The notes under the pieces were generated by a model, which saw nothing but the letters and a program-made list of their open reading frames with translations, searched no databases and was not told the origin of the DNA. The translations under genes and the position numbers were made by a program. A DNA stretch of 62,952 bases, counting the filler, from Octopus bimaculoides (Eukaryota): assembly GCF_001194135.2 (NCBI RefSeq). It is 4 parts of 4 records of this genome, joined end to end, with 100 filler letters (N's around TTAATTAATTAA, not from the genome) between each part and the next. Parts side by side here need not be neighbours in the genome. Positions count along the whole stretch, not along the records: positions 45,994 to 60,280 come from NC_068987.1; positions 60,381 to 62,952 come from NW_026343397.1; 2 more parts are not named here. One strand, given 5' to 3'. This document shows, in pieces, positions 51,842 through 62,952 of this stretch. The number at the start of each line of letters is the position of its first letter. Within the stretch, counting starts at the first letter, position 1.

Positions 51842-53251
51842 ATTTCTTTAGTTAGAGCAGTTATAATGCGTCAAATAATCGCTTGAACTGAGCAGGATGT
51901 TCTTGGAAGTCTGGTTTTGATAGCATCCCCATACTGACAAATTCAATGACACATTTTCCACTCATAAGGCTCCACAGTATTGAAGTACAATGTTTATCCA
52001 CTATTAAAGCCTTGAATCATATCATTATCAGAAATTTGGAATTGTCATTGCCTTCTTTGAGACACATTTTTATATTTTTCCCTTCGCTCATTTTCTCCCT
52101 TTTTCATGTTCTGAATGTAATGTTCTCTTTCATCATTCATATTCCCCTCTCCCTCTCCCCCTCTCTCTGTCTCTTTATCGCTTTCTCTCTCTGTCTCTCT
52201 GCTTCTTTCTCTCTCTCTCATTCTCTGTCTCTCGTGTTACGAATTTACGAAAAGTAATCTTCTAATGCTGCTGTTCTCCGTTTCTCCTAATTCTGAAGAT
52301 AATCTCTTTCGTTTTCTTTCTTATTTATTTTTCACTCTTATTCTCATGTTTTTCAAGATTTCATTTCTTCTTTGCTTGTCCATATCACCTTAGTGCGTCG
52401 TATCAATTTTCTCTTCTATTTCGGAGAACATCATTATTGATGCTGTTAGGCAAGTTATGATGTATCTTTTCTGTTCTGCAACACATGCCCCACCTCTATA
52501 TATGACTTAAATGCACTCGGGCTTTTTATATACTGTGTCTGTTGCGGTTTCGAATTTCATGACACTCCTCTTCTCGTAAACGTTTACGCCGTCCTCTTAG
52601 ACGTTCTCGTGCACTGAAGCACTATCTTAATTACTTCTATGTTGGTTTTCCATTCAGCAAATATGTAAATGAATAAAATAAATATTTTTCAAGGAGAACA
52701 ATTTCTGCATATATTACTGTCAGTTGGATTCACATATCGGAAAGAAAAGCGATTTAATTCATCATATAGTGAACGTACAATATGGGATTTAAGCGATAAA
52801 CAATATTCAAACAAATATCATTAATCCTTATTATTGATAAAGACATGAAATTAAGAGGGGCACAATAATCCCAGTGACAATCTAAGGCATTCATGTGAAA
52901 AGCATTCTTTGGTCTGTTTGTAAGTAATTGCAAAAGAGAGACAGATATAGTATATTGTATTGTATGCAAATTATGATGCTAAATATGGAACACTACATTG
53001 TCATATGTACGTCGTTCATAGGAACGTATGCATAGAATCAAATATTGAACTTTAACACGCGCGCGCGCATATACACTCAATATACAGATATAAATTCGTA
53101 GTATGGATACAGAGAATCCTGTGGTTATCAAAGAAAGCTCTTCTAACAAACTAAATGACAACATTTTTATGGTTTATATATATATAGCAAAACAAAGTAG
53201 TGTCAATAAGGGATATTAATCTAGGCGAAATACTTCTTAAGCTCTCTGCAG

Positions 53252-53305
53252 ATGAAAATGCGCCAGGCTGAGAAAAAAGGTCTTGTGATTGATGTTGTAC
53301 TCCAG
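53252..53305 (+). CDS. Candidate 54-nt micro-exon MKMRQAEKKGLVIDVVLQ
   Basis: ctctctgcAG acceptor and CAG|GTAATC donor; only frame 0 is open. No homology recognised. Confidence 0.2.
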
Positions 53306-53849
53306 GTAATCTGAAATCGAATTTGTATATATGTGGTTTTATTACTCTGTTAAGATGCTATGTTTTTACAAAGTGATGCAGGAAATGGACAGAAATAATG
53401 GGTATTATACATTTATTTATTTATTTATTTATTTATTATTAATTTGGTTATATTCTTCTTTTTTTTTTGAATAGCATTTTTCTTTAGCCATCTCTTTAAT
53501 TTTGGTGTCTCCTTTCAAACCCCGACACCCAATAGGGGTGATGCTAAACTTCAATTCTTCTTTGTTTTAGTCTTTTAGTTCACATTTGACAAACGTCTAA
53601 TTTGTTGAAGATAAAATTGGATAATTGGGTTAATTTAAACTCAGTTCTTTTAAAGTTGTTTAATAGCTATGGAGAATAGTTTAATTAAATTACTTATTAA
53701 AAAATTGAGTTCCAATAACGGAGGAAAAGATTAAAACAAACCTAAGATAATAGTAAAATTACATAAAACAGAACTTAAGTATCATTCTGTAACTATGTCT
53801 GCCAAATAAGTACTAACAACAAAAAAAGGATCTCTTTCAGCCATAAAGA

Positions 53850-54150
53850 ATCATGGGATTGCACTTAGAGAGTACCTCTCCGAGGTACAATTCCGGGCCA
53901 GGTTGTTTACGGAAGACCAGCAGTCGTTTACGGAAGATCAGCAGTCCATTCATACCAGTCTCCCCTCTCCGCACCATCGATGTTATCTAAGGCAAAGGCC
54001 GATACAGCTTGGCAACTCATTTCCCGTACAGCTGTGGGAACTGGAGCAAAGTGAAGTAAAGTGTCTTGCTCAAGACCACAACACAACACAACACACAGCC
54101 CAGTCCGGAAATCGAACTCACTACCTCTAACCACTGAGCCGTGCGTCTTC
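53850..54150 (-). mobile_element. tRNA-derived CORE-type SINE
   Basis: Minus strand ggctcagtggttagag...gagttcgatttccggactgggc...cttgagcaagacacttta (tRNA head + CORE-like segment). Confidence 0.7.
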
Positions 54151-54610
54151 ACATATTAGTATAGCTTGTAGGAATACTTCAAATGAAAATATACTACATA
54201 CGTATATTGTTGGAATAGATTTTTGATAATTTCCACTGCTCAGTGGAGTCAGAAAATGTACTTCGCTCAATAGCTTTGTTGTTAGACCCACCAAGGTCGC
54301 TTTCCTCAACAGTTATAAACAAGTGCATTAATATATATATAGTACAAACAAAAAGCCTCAAATCTTAGGGGTAAATTACAGTCCATTATATTTATCCCAG
54401 AAAGGATAAGTCGACTTTAACTATGTTAAATGTAACGCTGTACTTATCTAAGTCATATGTAATGCTTATTTGTTCACATGGCTTTGTATTAATTATGCAT
54501 TATCTTGTAATTTTGAGATTTCAATGATGTAATTGTTTATTTTCAGAGTGACATTGTAGTGTATGCGCGAGAGGCCAAATTTGGCCGGTTGGAACATAAA
54601 ACAAGGTTTT

Positions 54611-54681
<71 letters not shown>

Positions 54682-55267
54682 TGTCTTTCTGTTTGACCCC
54701 ACCATCTCTTGACAATCGATGTTGCTTTGCCTGCGTCCCCGTAACTTAGCAATTCGTCAAAAGACGTACGATGCTAAGAGCACAAATATATATTGTAGCA
54801 GACAAGAACTGTTTGGAATGTGTGCCGGAAGTGCCAGGTCACGTAATTTCAGCGTACTGCGTTTCTTCAGTGGCAGGTGTCCACTTGTCTCATCTAAGCC
54901 AAATCCCGCTGCTAACGGTATATAGACTAACAGTGATTTTTCACAGTGCTCTTAACACCGTGCGTCTATAGGAGAAAACCTCTCAAGGCGTATACCGCAG
55001 TATAGGGCATTCTAATAATACGCCCACACTAAGACGGATGGAAAGAGTGCTATTCATTTAATTTTAAGATTTACGGTACATTGGAATCTGTTAGGAGGCC
55101 TATGGCATAGAGGAACAACAAAGTTGGGAAACCTTCTGATAATATAAACCCTTCCATAGCTTTATGTAAATATCTGGAAGGTTCATATTACAGGGCTCTG
55201 ATGAAGTTCTTTATAGATCCCTCTCTATGCATACATGCGTGTGTAAGCATACACACAGATACACATT

Positions 55268-55300
<33 letters not shown>

Positions 55301-55480
55301 NNNNNNNNNNNNNNNNNNNNNNNNNNNNNNNNNNNNNNNNNNNNNNNNNNNNNNNNNNNNNNNNNNNNNNNNNNNNNNNNNNNNNNNNNNNNNNNNNNNN
55401 NNNNNNNNNNNNNNNNNNNNNNNNNNNNNNNNNNNNNNNNNNNNNNCTCTCTCCACTTCTCTTCCTCATTCACTCACTTC

Positions 55481-55594
<114 letters not shown>

Positions 55595-55730
55595 TCTAAT
55601 GCTTTTCTTTTTTTTACCGTAGCGTCAGGTTGACCAACGCCTTGCGAGTGGAATTTGTTAGACGGGAACTGCGGAACTTCGTCGCCAACATACTTTCACT
55701 TACAGACACGCACGCACACGCGCACACACA

Positions 55731-55777
<47 letters not shown>

Positions 55778-55780
55778 ACA

Positions 55781-55816
<36 letters not shown>

Positions 55817-55867
55817 AACACACGTATGTATGTATGTAGTCAGGTGTGTATGTGTGTGTGTATGTGT

Positions 55868-55914
<47 letters not shown>

Positions 55915-58269
55915 TGAAATACTCCTGAAATATGTACCAGAATGTAAACCAAGATGGTATACTCTGAGACTGAAGATGGAATCAAAGATTTCTTGATAAG
56001 GAATCAGAACTGCTGGAATGACATTTTGTGTATTTGTACAAGAGTGTGGCATTTGTATACCTTAACACACATGCATACACACGCACATACACACATATTC
56101 ATACAAAAAGACTACGTGTACACACATACAGACATGCGTGCACGCATCCTCACACACATATACAAGTCGAGATAAGCACACATATACAAGTCGAGATAAG
56201 CACACATATGTCTATGTGTGTGTGGATGTGTACATGGGGAAAGAGAGAGAGGGCGAATGAGAGATAAGTAGACAGACTGACAAACTGACGGACAGACAGA
56301 TAAACAGACAGACAGACAGACAATTAGATAGATAGATAGATAGATACTTGTATGTATACACACAAACACACCTACACACGCACGCCCACACGCGTGCACA
56401 TGCAGACAGACAGACAGACACACACACACACACATAGACACACACCAATACATACATGCATACAGGTAGACAGACCCGCATTCTCATTTATCTTCTTGTT
56501 CATATATTCTTTTAAGTCTTTCAGATTTGTTTCAATTCCTACCCCATTTTCACACTCACACGCGCGCACACACACGTAAACACACATAAACTCATACACA
56601 CATGTTTGTATATATGGACACACACACACACACACACATACATATCTATGTAGACTCGTACACGCACACATTCTCATTGACTCACGAACACAGACACAAA
56701 CAGAAATTTTTGTAAAAAGAAGTTTAAAGAATACAGACACAGCGGGGGTAGTAGTCGTGGAGGTGGTGGTAATAATGGTGGTGGTGGTGGTGGTGGTGGT
56801 GGTGGGTATCTTATTGACATACAGACAGGTACAGAGTAAACCTCCTATCGCTGCCTGCCCCATACCGACATATAGTTCATTAACTATAAAAACATTTCAT
56901 ATATTAAACTATCTTATCGTCTGCATTTCACCTGCCCGCACACAGCTCTATATCAATCCACACCTACCCACACTGTCCTCTCTGTCTAGCATTTCACCAT
57001 ATTTGCCCATTCCTACTCACACTTTTTGCTGTATCTAGCATATACAATCCACATATGACGCCGTGGTAAGAAGCTTGCTTCCCAACCACATGGGTCCGGG
57101 TTTAGTCCCACTGTGTGACATCTTGGGCAAGTGTCTTCTATTAAAGCCTCGGTTCAAGCAAAGCCTTGTGAGTGGATTTGGTAGACCGAAGCTGAAAGAA
57201 GCTCGTAGTGTGTGTGTGTATACACACAAATAATAAATGAGTATATGCATATATACGTACATGTATGTACATACCTACATCTACCTGTATATATAGATGC
57301 ATATCTGGGTACAGGACGTTGCAGACAAAACAAAGAAAATGAGGAACAGAGTACAGAAAACAAACAGGCCACATAGAGAACATTTCCTTCATCAGCTGCC
57401 ACCATTCTAACACTGGCGTTTCGAAGAGTTAGAGTAGGACGCATCGTTAAAATGGCTCTTCCCACGGACCACAAATTAAATTTGTAACATATTGTTTACT
57501 CTGTACGTCCACTCTGTTGTTGTTGGTTCATTCGAATCCCTAACTCTCCACAGATTTNNNNNNNNNNNNNNNNNNNNNNNNNNNNNNNNNNNNNNNNNNN
57601 NNNNNNNNNNNNNNNNNNNNNNNNNNNNNNNNNNNNNNNNNNNNNNNNNNNNNNNNNNNNNNNNNNNNNNNNNNNNNNNNNNNNNNNNNNNNNNNNNNNN
57701 NNNNNNNNNNNNNNNNNNNNNNNNNNNNNNNNNNNNNNNNNNNNNNNNNNNNNNNNNNNNNNNNNNNNNNNNNNNNNNNNNNNNNNNNNNNNNNNNNNAC
57801 TCTTTCACCACAACTTTCTCTCACTCTTTCTTCCTGTTTCTGTTGTGCCTGTAATTCAAAGGGTCAGCCTTGTCACACTGTGTCACGCTGAATATCCCCG
57901 AGAACTATGTTAAGTGTACACGTGTCTGTGGAGTGCTCAGCCACTTGCACGTTAATTTCACGAGCAGGCTGTTCCGTTGATCGGGTCAACTGGAACCCTC
58001 GACGTCGTAAGCGACGGAGTGTCAACAACAACAACAACAACAACATTATGTATGTATGTATGTATATGTAAGTGCAGGCGTAGCTGTGTGGTAGACGCTT
58101 GCTTCCCAACCACATGGTTCTGGGTTCAGTACCACTTCATGGCACCTTGGGCAAGTGTCTTCTACTTTAGCATCGGGCCGACCAAAGCCTTATGAGTGGA
58201 TTAGTAGACTGAAACTGAAAGAAGCCCGTCGTGTATATATATATATATATATATATATTATTACAAATT

Positions 58270-59300
58270 TGGAATTTTACAAATAGGACCACAACTTCAA
58301 TTTCAGGACAACCTTATTTTCTGGAGTACACATAGAAAGTTATATCCAAAATACTAATCTAATAATATAATCATTTTAAAGACTACTATATCGTACAATA
58401 AAATAAAGTACATTAGAATTATTTAGAAATTATATAAGTACATTTTAAAAAATACATATACCTTACCTGGTATTAGTCTGTGGGGAAAGAAGGTAATATT
58501 AATCAACGCTACATGTGTTTCTGCGCTGGTGGTTTCTTTTACTAAGCTATACCTAATACATAAATCCACCAGTACGTCCTCAGGCTATTTTTCTTTATAT
58601 TATTATTATTAATGGATCCAACTTAATCATACAAATTCTAAGATATCTTCATTAAAAATAAGAATAAAAATAAAAACATCTATATATATATATAACTTCC
58701 TAATATATTTTTTACAAAATTTAAAAGATTTTAAAAATTAAAAAATTATCAAATTAAAAAAAATCATAAAAATTTATTAAACTTAAACACCAAAAAATAT
58801 AATAACCATATTTATAGAAAGTGCTAAACATAAAGAAACCTTTATCGACTATCTTATAACTACGTCAAATTAAACTGCCTACCTATATAAACTTTAATTG
58901 ACTGTGAAATTTACTCCTATCAATACTAGTATGCATTAGCATAATGTCAAACGTAAGTTGATAATATTTAAAATATAAAAAACCTCTATATATATTATAA
59001 ATTTATTAAATAAAACTAGTAAATGAAACTATTTACCACAATTAATAAAGGAAGAATATTTATCTGCATGTTTACTCTTCCTTTAACCTGTGCAAATGGC
59101 TGCACCTTCTGTCCTGCGTTAAATATTATGGGAATAAAAAACACTACTCTAAAAGAAATTCTTTAAGACTAATATCATTAGACAGGTTGAATTCAAGGGG
59201 AGATCATAATAAGTTATTCTTATCTTTAGGTATAATTGGATGTTTTCTAGTGTTAAAGATTTAGAGATTTATTTTATTTAATATGTGGCCTGTCTAATCC
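58270..59300 (+). mobile_element. Highly degraded L1/Tx1-like ORF2 C-terminal remnant
   Basis: ISLWGKKVILINATCVSAL (LSxxGKxxLIN motif) near 58460-58520, and NGCTFCPA (C-terminal CxxC) near 59097-59120. Confidence 0.4.
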
Positions 59301-59814
59301 TTTATAAGATAATATTCTTTACATTTATTCTTGGTTTTAGGTATATCCGTATCTAATACTATTGTATTGTTCTATTAAAACTACATTTAACTATCTTCCT
59401 CATAATTGTTTAAGATCACATACTGGGGATGGGGGTATCTTTTCATATATTTTTCATTTTATTATATGTAAAGCTATTTTTGTGTCGGCATTTTATTCCT
59501 CTCTCTTCTGTACTGTTCAGTAACACTTCTTTCGACTGGAATATTTTCATAAACTCAGTAGTGCATAACAAGCACATTTTATTACCAATTCTATATGATT
59601 TCGCCCTACTGAGTGTTTGTCCCACTCCACCATCGCATGACAACCGATGTTGGTGTGTTTACATCCCCGTAACTTAGCGGCTCGGGAAAAGAAACCGATA
59701 GAATAAGTACTAGGCTTACAACGAATAAGTTTTGGAGTCGATTTGTTCGACTAAAGGCGGTGCTCCAGTATGGCCGGAGTCAAATGACGGAAACAAGAAA
59801 AAGAATAAAAGAAT

Positions 59815-60060
59815 ATATATATAATACAAATAATAAATGAGTATATGCATATATACGTACATGTATGTACATACCTACATCTACCTGTATATATAGATGC
59901 ATATCTGGGTACAGGACGTTGCAAACAAAACGTAGACGAAAAAATAATAAACGGAGTACAGAAAACACACAGGCCACAAAGAGAACATTTCCTTCATCAG
60001 CTGCCACCATTATAACACTGGCGTTTCGAAGAGTTAGGGCTGGACACATGTGACCAGTGA
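59815..60060. repeat. Dispersed repeat family (also 57230-57480 and, more diverged, 43545-43770)
   Basis: Near-identical aataataaatgagtatatgc...gggtacaggacgttgc...ttccttcatcagctgccacc...ggcgtttcgaagagttag in two copies. Confidence 0.8.
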
Positions 60061-60239
60061 GGGGTAAGGAGAAAAAGTGGGAGAGGGAGAAAAAAAGGGA
60101 GGAAGTAGAAAATAGGTGAGCAACGAGAGACGGAAGAAGAGAGAGATATAGTAGTAACAGAAGGAAGAACGAGGTGGGGAAAAAGATACAAAGATAGATA
60201 GAGTCGCGTCAGAAAATATAAAGTTCAAAACTTACTTGC

Positions 60240-60280
<41 letters not shown>

Positions 60281-61020
60281 NNNNNNNNNNNNNNNNNNNN
60301 NNNNNNNNNNNNNNNNNNNNNNNNTTAATTAATTAANNNNNNNNNNNNNNNNNNNNNNNNNNNNNNNNNNNNNNNNNNNNTGTTTCGTTAATGAAAAATG
60401 TGGCCCCCGTTTTAAAAAAGATCCGATAACTGATACAAGCCATTAATGGAACTGTTAATATATGTAAAAATTCCCAAAAAGTTTAGCATCTAAGAACATA
60501 TGCACATGTCTAGACTTACAACTATACATTCATTACTGCACATTCTTCACATAAACCCTAAAAATCTGCACATACACTAACTCTAAATATTACACACATA
60601 AGCCCAGAAGTGCGCAAATAGCGAAGGATTGTTGGATCTTGGTTAGAAACCAGCTCTATTGGCAAGAAATCTTTAAATAACACTGAAAGGCAACNNNNNN
60701 NNNNNNNNNNNNNNNNNNNNNNNNNNNNNNNNNNNNNNNNNNNNNNNNNNNNNNNNNNNNNNNNNNNNNNNNNNNNNNNNNNNNNNNNNNNNNNNNNNNN
60801 NNNNNNNNNNNNNNNNNNNNNNNNNNNNNNNNNNNNNNNNNNNNNNNNNNNNNNNNNNNNNNNNNNNNNNNNNNNNNNNNNNNNNNNNNNNNNNNNNNNN
60901 NNNNNNNNNNNNNNNNNNNNNNNNNNNNNNNNNNNNNNNNNNNNNNNNNNNNNNNNNNNNTATATATATACATACATACATGCACATACACACATATACA
61001 TATATATAATAACTAATATA

Positions 61021-61058
<38 letters not shown>

Positions 61059-61489
61059 GTCTATATGCATGTAGAATGTCCCAAACGGTGCAAATAACAG
61101 GAAATATGTAAAAAACAAGAAAGAAATGGAAAACAGGACAAGCAAACACGGAGAAAGGACTCGTCATCCGTTATCGGCTGTCTCTCTACTCCTCATTTCG
61201 AGCATTCAACGACAATATGAGTCTTCAAAGACAGTTGCTCCCAAAAATTCTAAAATAAAATTTAGGATTTATGGAGGGTCAAAGTTGGGAACAAAAAAAT
61301 GACATACAAGGCAACCGAACGAAAACAAACATGGGGTGGGGTTAGACAATAACGAGAGGAAGATAGTGAACGCTGGGAGAAAAGTTTTTTTGAAAAGAGA
61401 AAAGATAGAAAAGAGAGAGAAAAACATGTCCGCTCTTTTAAACGTCCGTGCAGGAAAAGAAAGATGGCCGATGGTCACGAGTGAGAAAC

Positions 61490-61499
<10 letters not shown>

Positions 61500-61532
<33 letters not shown>

Positions 61533-61650
61533 GGGACAGAGAGAAAGAGAGAGAAAGATAAAGAGGGGACAGAGAGAGAGAGAGAAAGATAAAGAGGGGA
61601 CAGAGAGAGAGAGACAGAAAGATAAAGAGGGGACAGAGAGACAGAGAGAT
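61500..61650. repeat. Purine-rich minisatellite gaaagataaagaggggacaga(ga)n, ~4-5 copies
   Basis: Directly visible tandem units. Confidence 0.85.
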
Positions 61651-61971
61651 AGTAAACGGTGAAGTAGGGAGGGGTGATATAGGGAATTAGAGAAGGACAA
61701 AGGAAGAAAACTGTATAGAGTAGAGAGTCGCATCAAAAGGTGCAGATAAACACTTACTTGGAAATGGATGCGTCGCGTTCAATTAACTAATAAATAATAT
61801 ATAATACATAATAATATTAATAATAATAATAATATATTTATATATATACATATATGTTGACAGATGTACATTATATATATATATATATATATTCGTATTT
61901 TATGCATATACATTCCTTATGATTTATACATATACGTTTTGTAGCAATCATGCTTAGATTTTTATATTATA

Positions 61972-62040
<69 letters not shown>

Positions 62041-62952
62041 CACACACAAACATATTATTTATACCTTATATATACACATTTTATAAAGAATGCTACCAGT
62101 CGTTTAGACTTTATGTATATATGCATATATTTAATATCTCATATATGTTTTTGTACATCTCATATACGTTTGTGTGTGTATGTAAATATATACGGGTGTA
62201 TATGTTTCTCTTTCCTATACCTTATTTCTATATACATTTTTGCTCACCAGTTTGAAAAACCAGATCTACAGATGGAATATACAGGGNNNNNNNNNNNNNN
62301 NNNNNNNNNNNNNNNNNNNNNNNNNNNNNNNNNNNNNNNNNNNNNNNNNNNNNNNNNNNNNNNNNNNNNNNNNNNNNNNNNNNNNNNNNNNNNNNNNNNN
62401 CTGGCAAGAGAGAAGACAATGAAATGTCCATGAACATCGCATACAACACAGGTAACTATTAATAGTGATTGTTAACTACAAGTGAATAGAGTAATGGGTG
62501 TATATGTGCTTAGTTTAAGGTTAACTGATTGCTGCAGTGAACATGCAATGTAACAGTGAGACCTCTCCTCAAAATATCCCTGCTTTTATTTAAATAGGGG
62601 CCACATGAACCAATGAGGGAGCTTCTATGTAGTCACTTGACTTTACACAATGTAACAGCCAAATCTCTCCCTCAGCAAGCTCCCTACTGTCTTTAAAATA
62701 GGGACAACATGAATCAATGACGGAGCTTCTATGCAGTCACTCGACTACACAGCCATAGAATATCTTCGTCAGTGAATTCTGTACGACCAGCACGAGGGTG
62801 GGAAAGCGAACGTTAACAACGATGATGATTATGCTCATCAGCAGCAGTATTAGGTACTATGTTTTGATATAAGAGATGATGATAAGGCGATGAGCTGGCG
62901 GAATTGTTTGAGTGCCGGACAAAATGCTTAGCTGCGTTTCGTCCGTCCTGAC

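Noticed and set aside
58260-59430. Very AT-rich stretch initially suspected to be a NUMT
   Set aside because: I found no recognisable mitochondrial gene motifs; LSxWGKKVILIN and CxxC fit an L1/Tx1 remnant better.
59990-60045. Minus-strand CTCTTC-GAAAC-GCCA...TGGC-AG-CTGATGA-AGGAA (also ~57385-57430), a possible permuted hammerhead
   Set aside because: There is no stem III or NUH cleavage site and stem II pairing is poor, so it does not fit a canonical topology.

Overview
AT-rich, microsatellite- and retroposon-dense eukaryotic draft scaffold. The repeat families resemble those I recall from Octopus/coleoid cephalopods (inference, not a database match). The only well-supported gene is a minus-strand, multi-exon CCDC162-like gene: 11 GT-AG exons between 736 and 19352 splice phase-consistently into 1655 nt (551 codons + 2 nt) of open frame. 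The gene is incomplete at both ends. The rest is intronic or intergenic and filled with transposon debris: RLE-type non-LTR elements (R4/Dong-like, HERO/NeSL-like), RTE, L2/Crack-like, L1/Tx1-like, Penelope-like, a Gypsy integrase + LTR, a Helitron end, a mariner, MITE/foldback elements and several tRNA-derived SINE families. Three identical 44N-TTAATTAATTAA-44N linkers are assembly joins. Most long ORFs in the track are microsatellite or N-gap artefacts. Most interesting observations: (1) a tRNA-headed SINE whose consensus carries a minimal Penelope-type hammerhead ribozyme; (2) repeated insertion of an R4/Dong-like LINE into the (TAA)n tract of that same SINE; (3) a sharp CpG-depletion boundary matching the gene body and the first assembly linker; (4) several long inverted repeats; (5) a decayed ORF of uncertain family near 51 kb. 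There are no prokaryotic features, CRISPR arrays or clear tRNA/rRNA genes.
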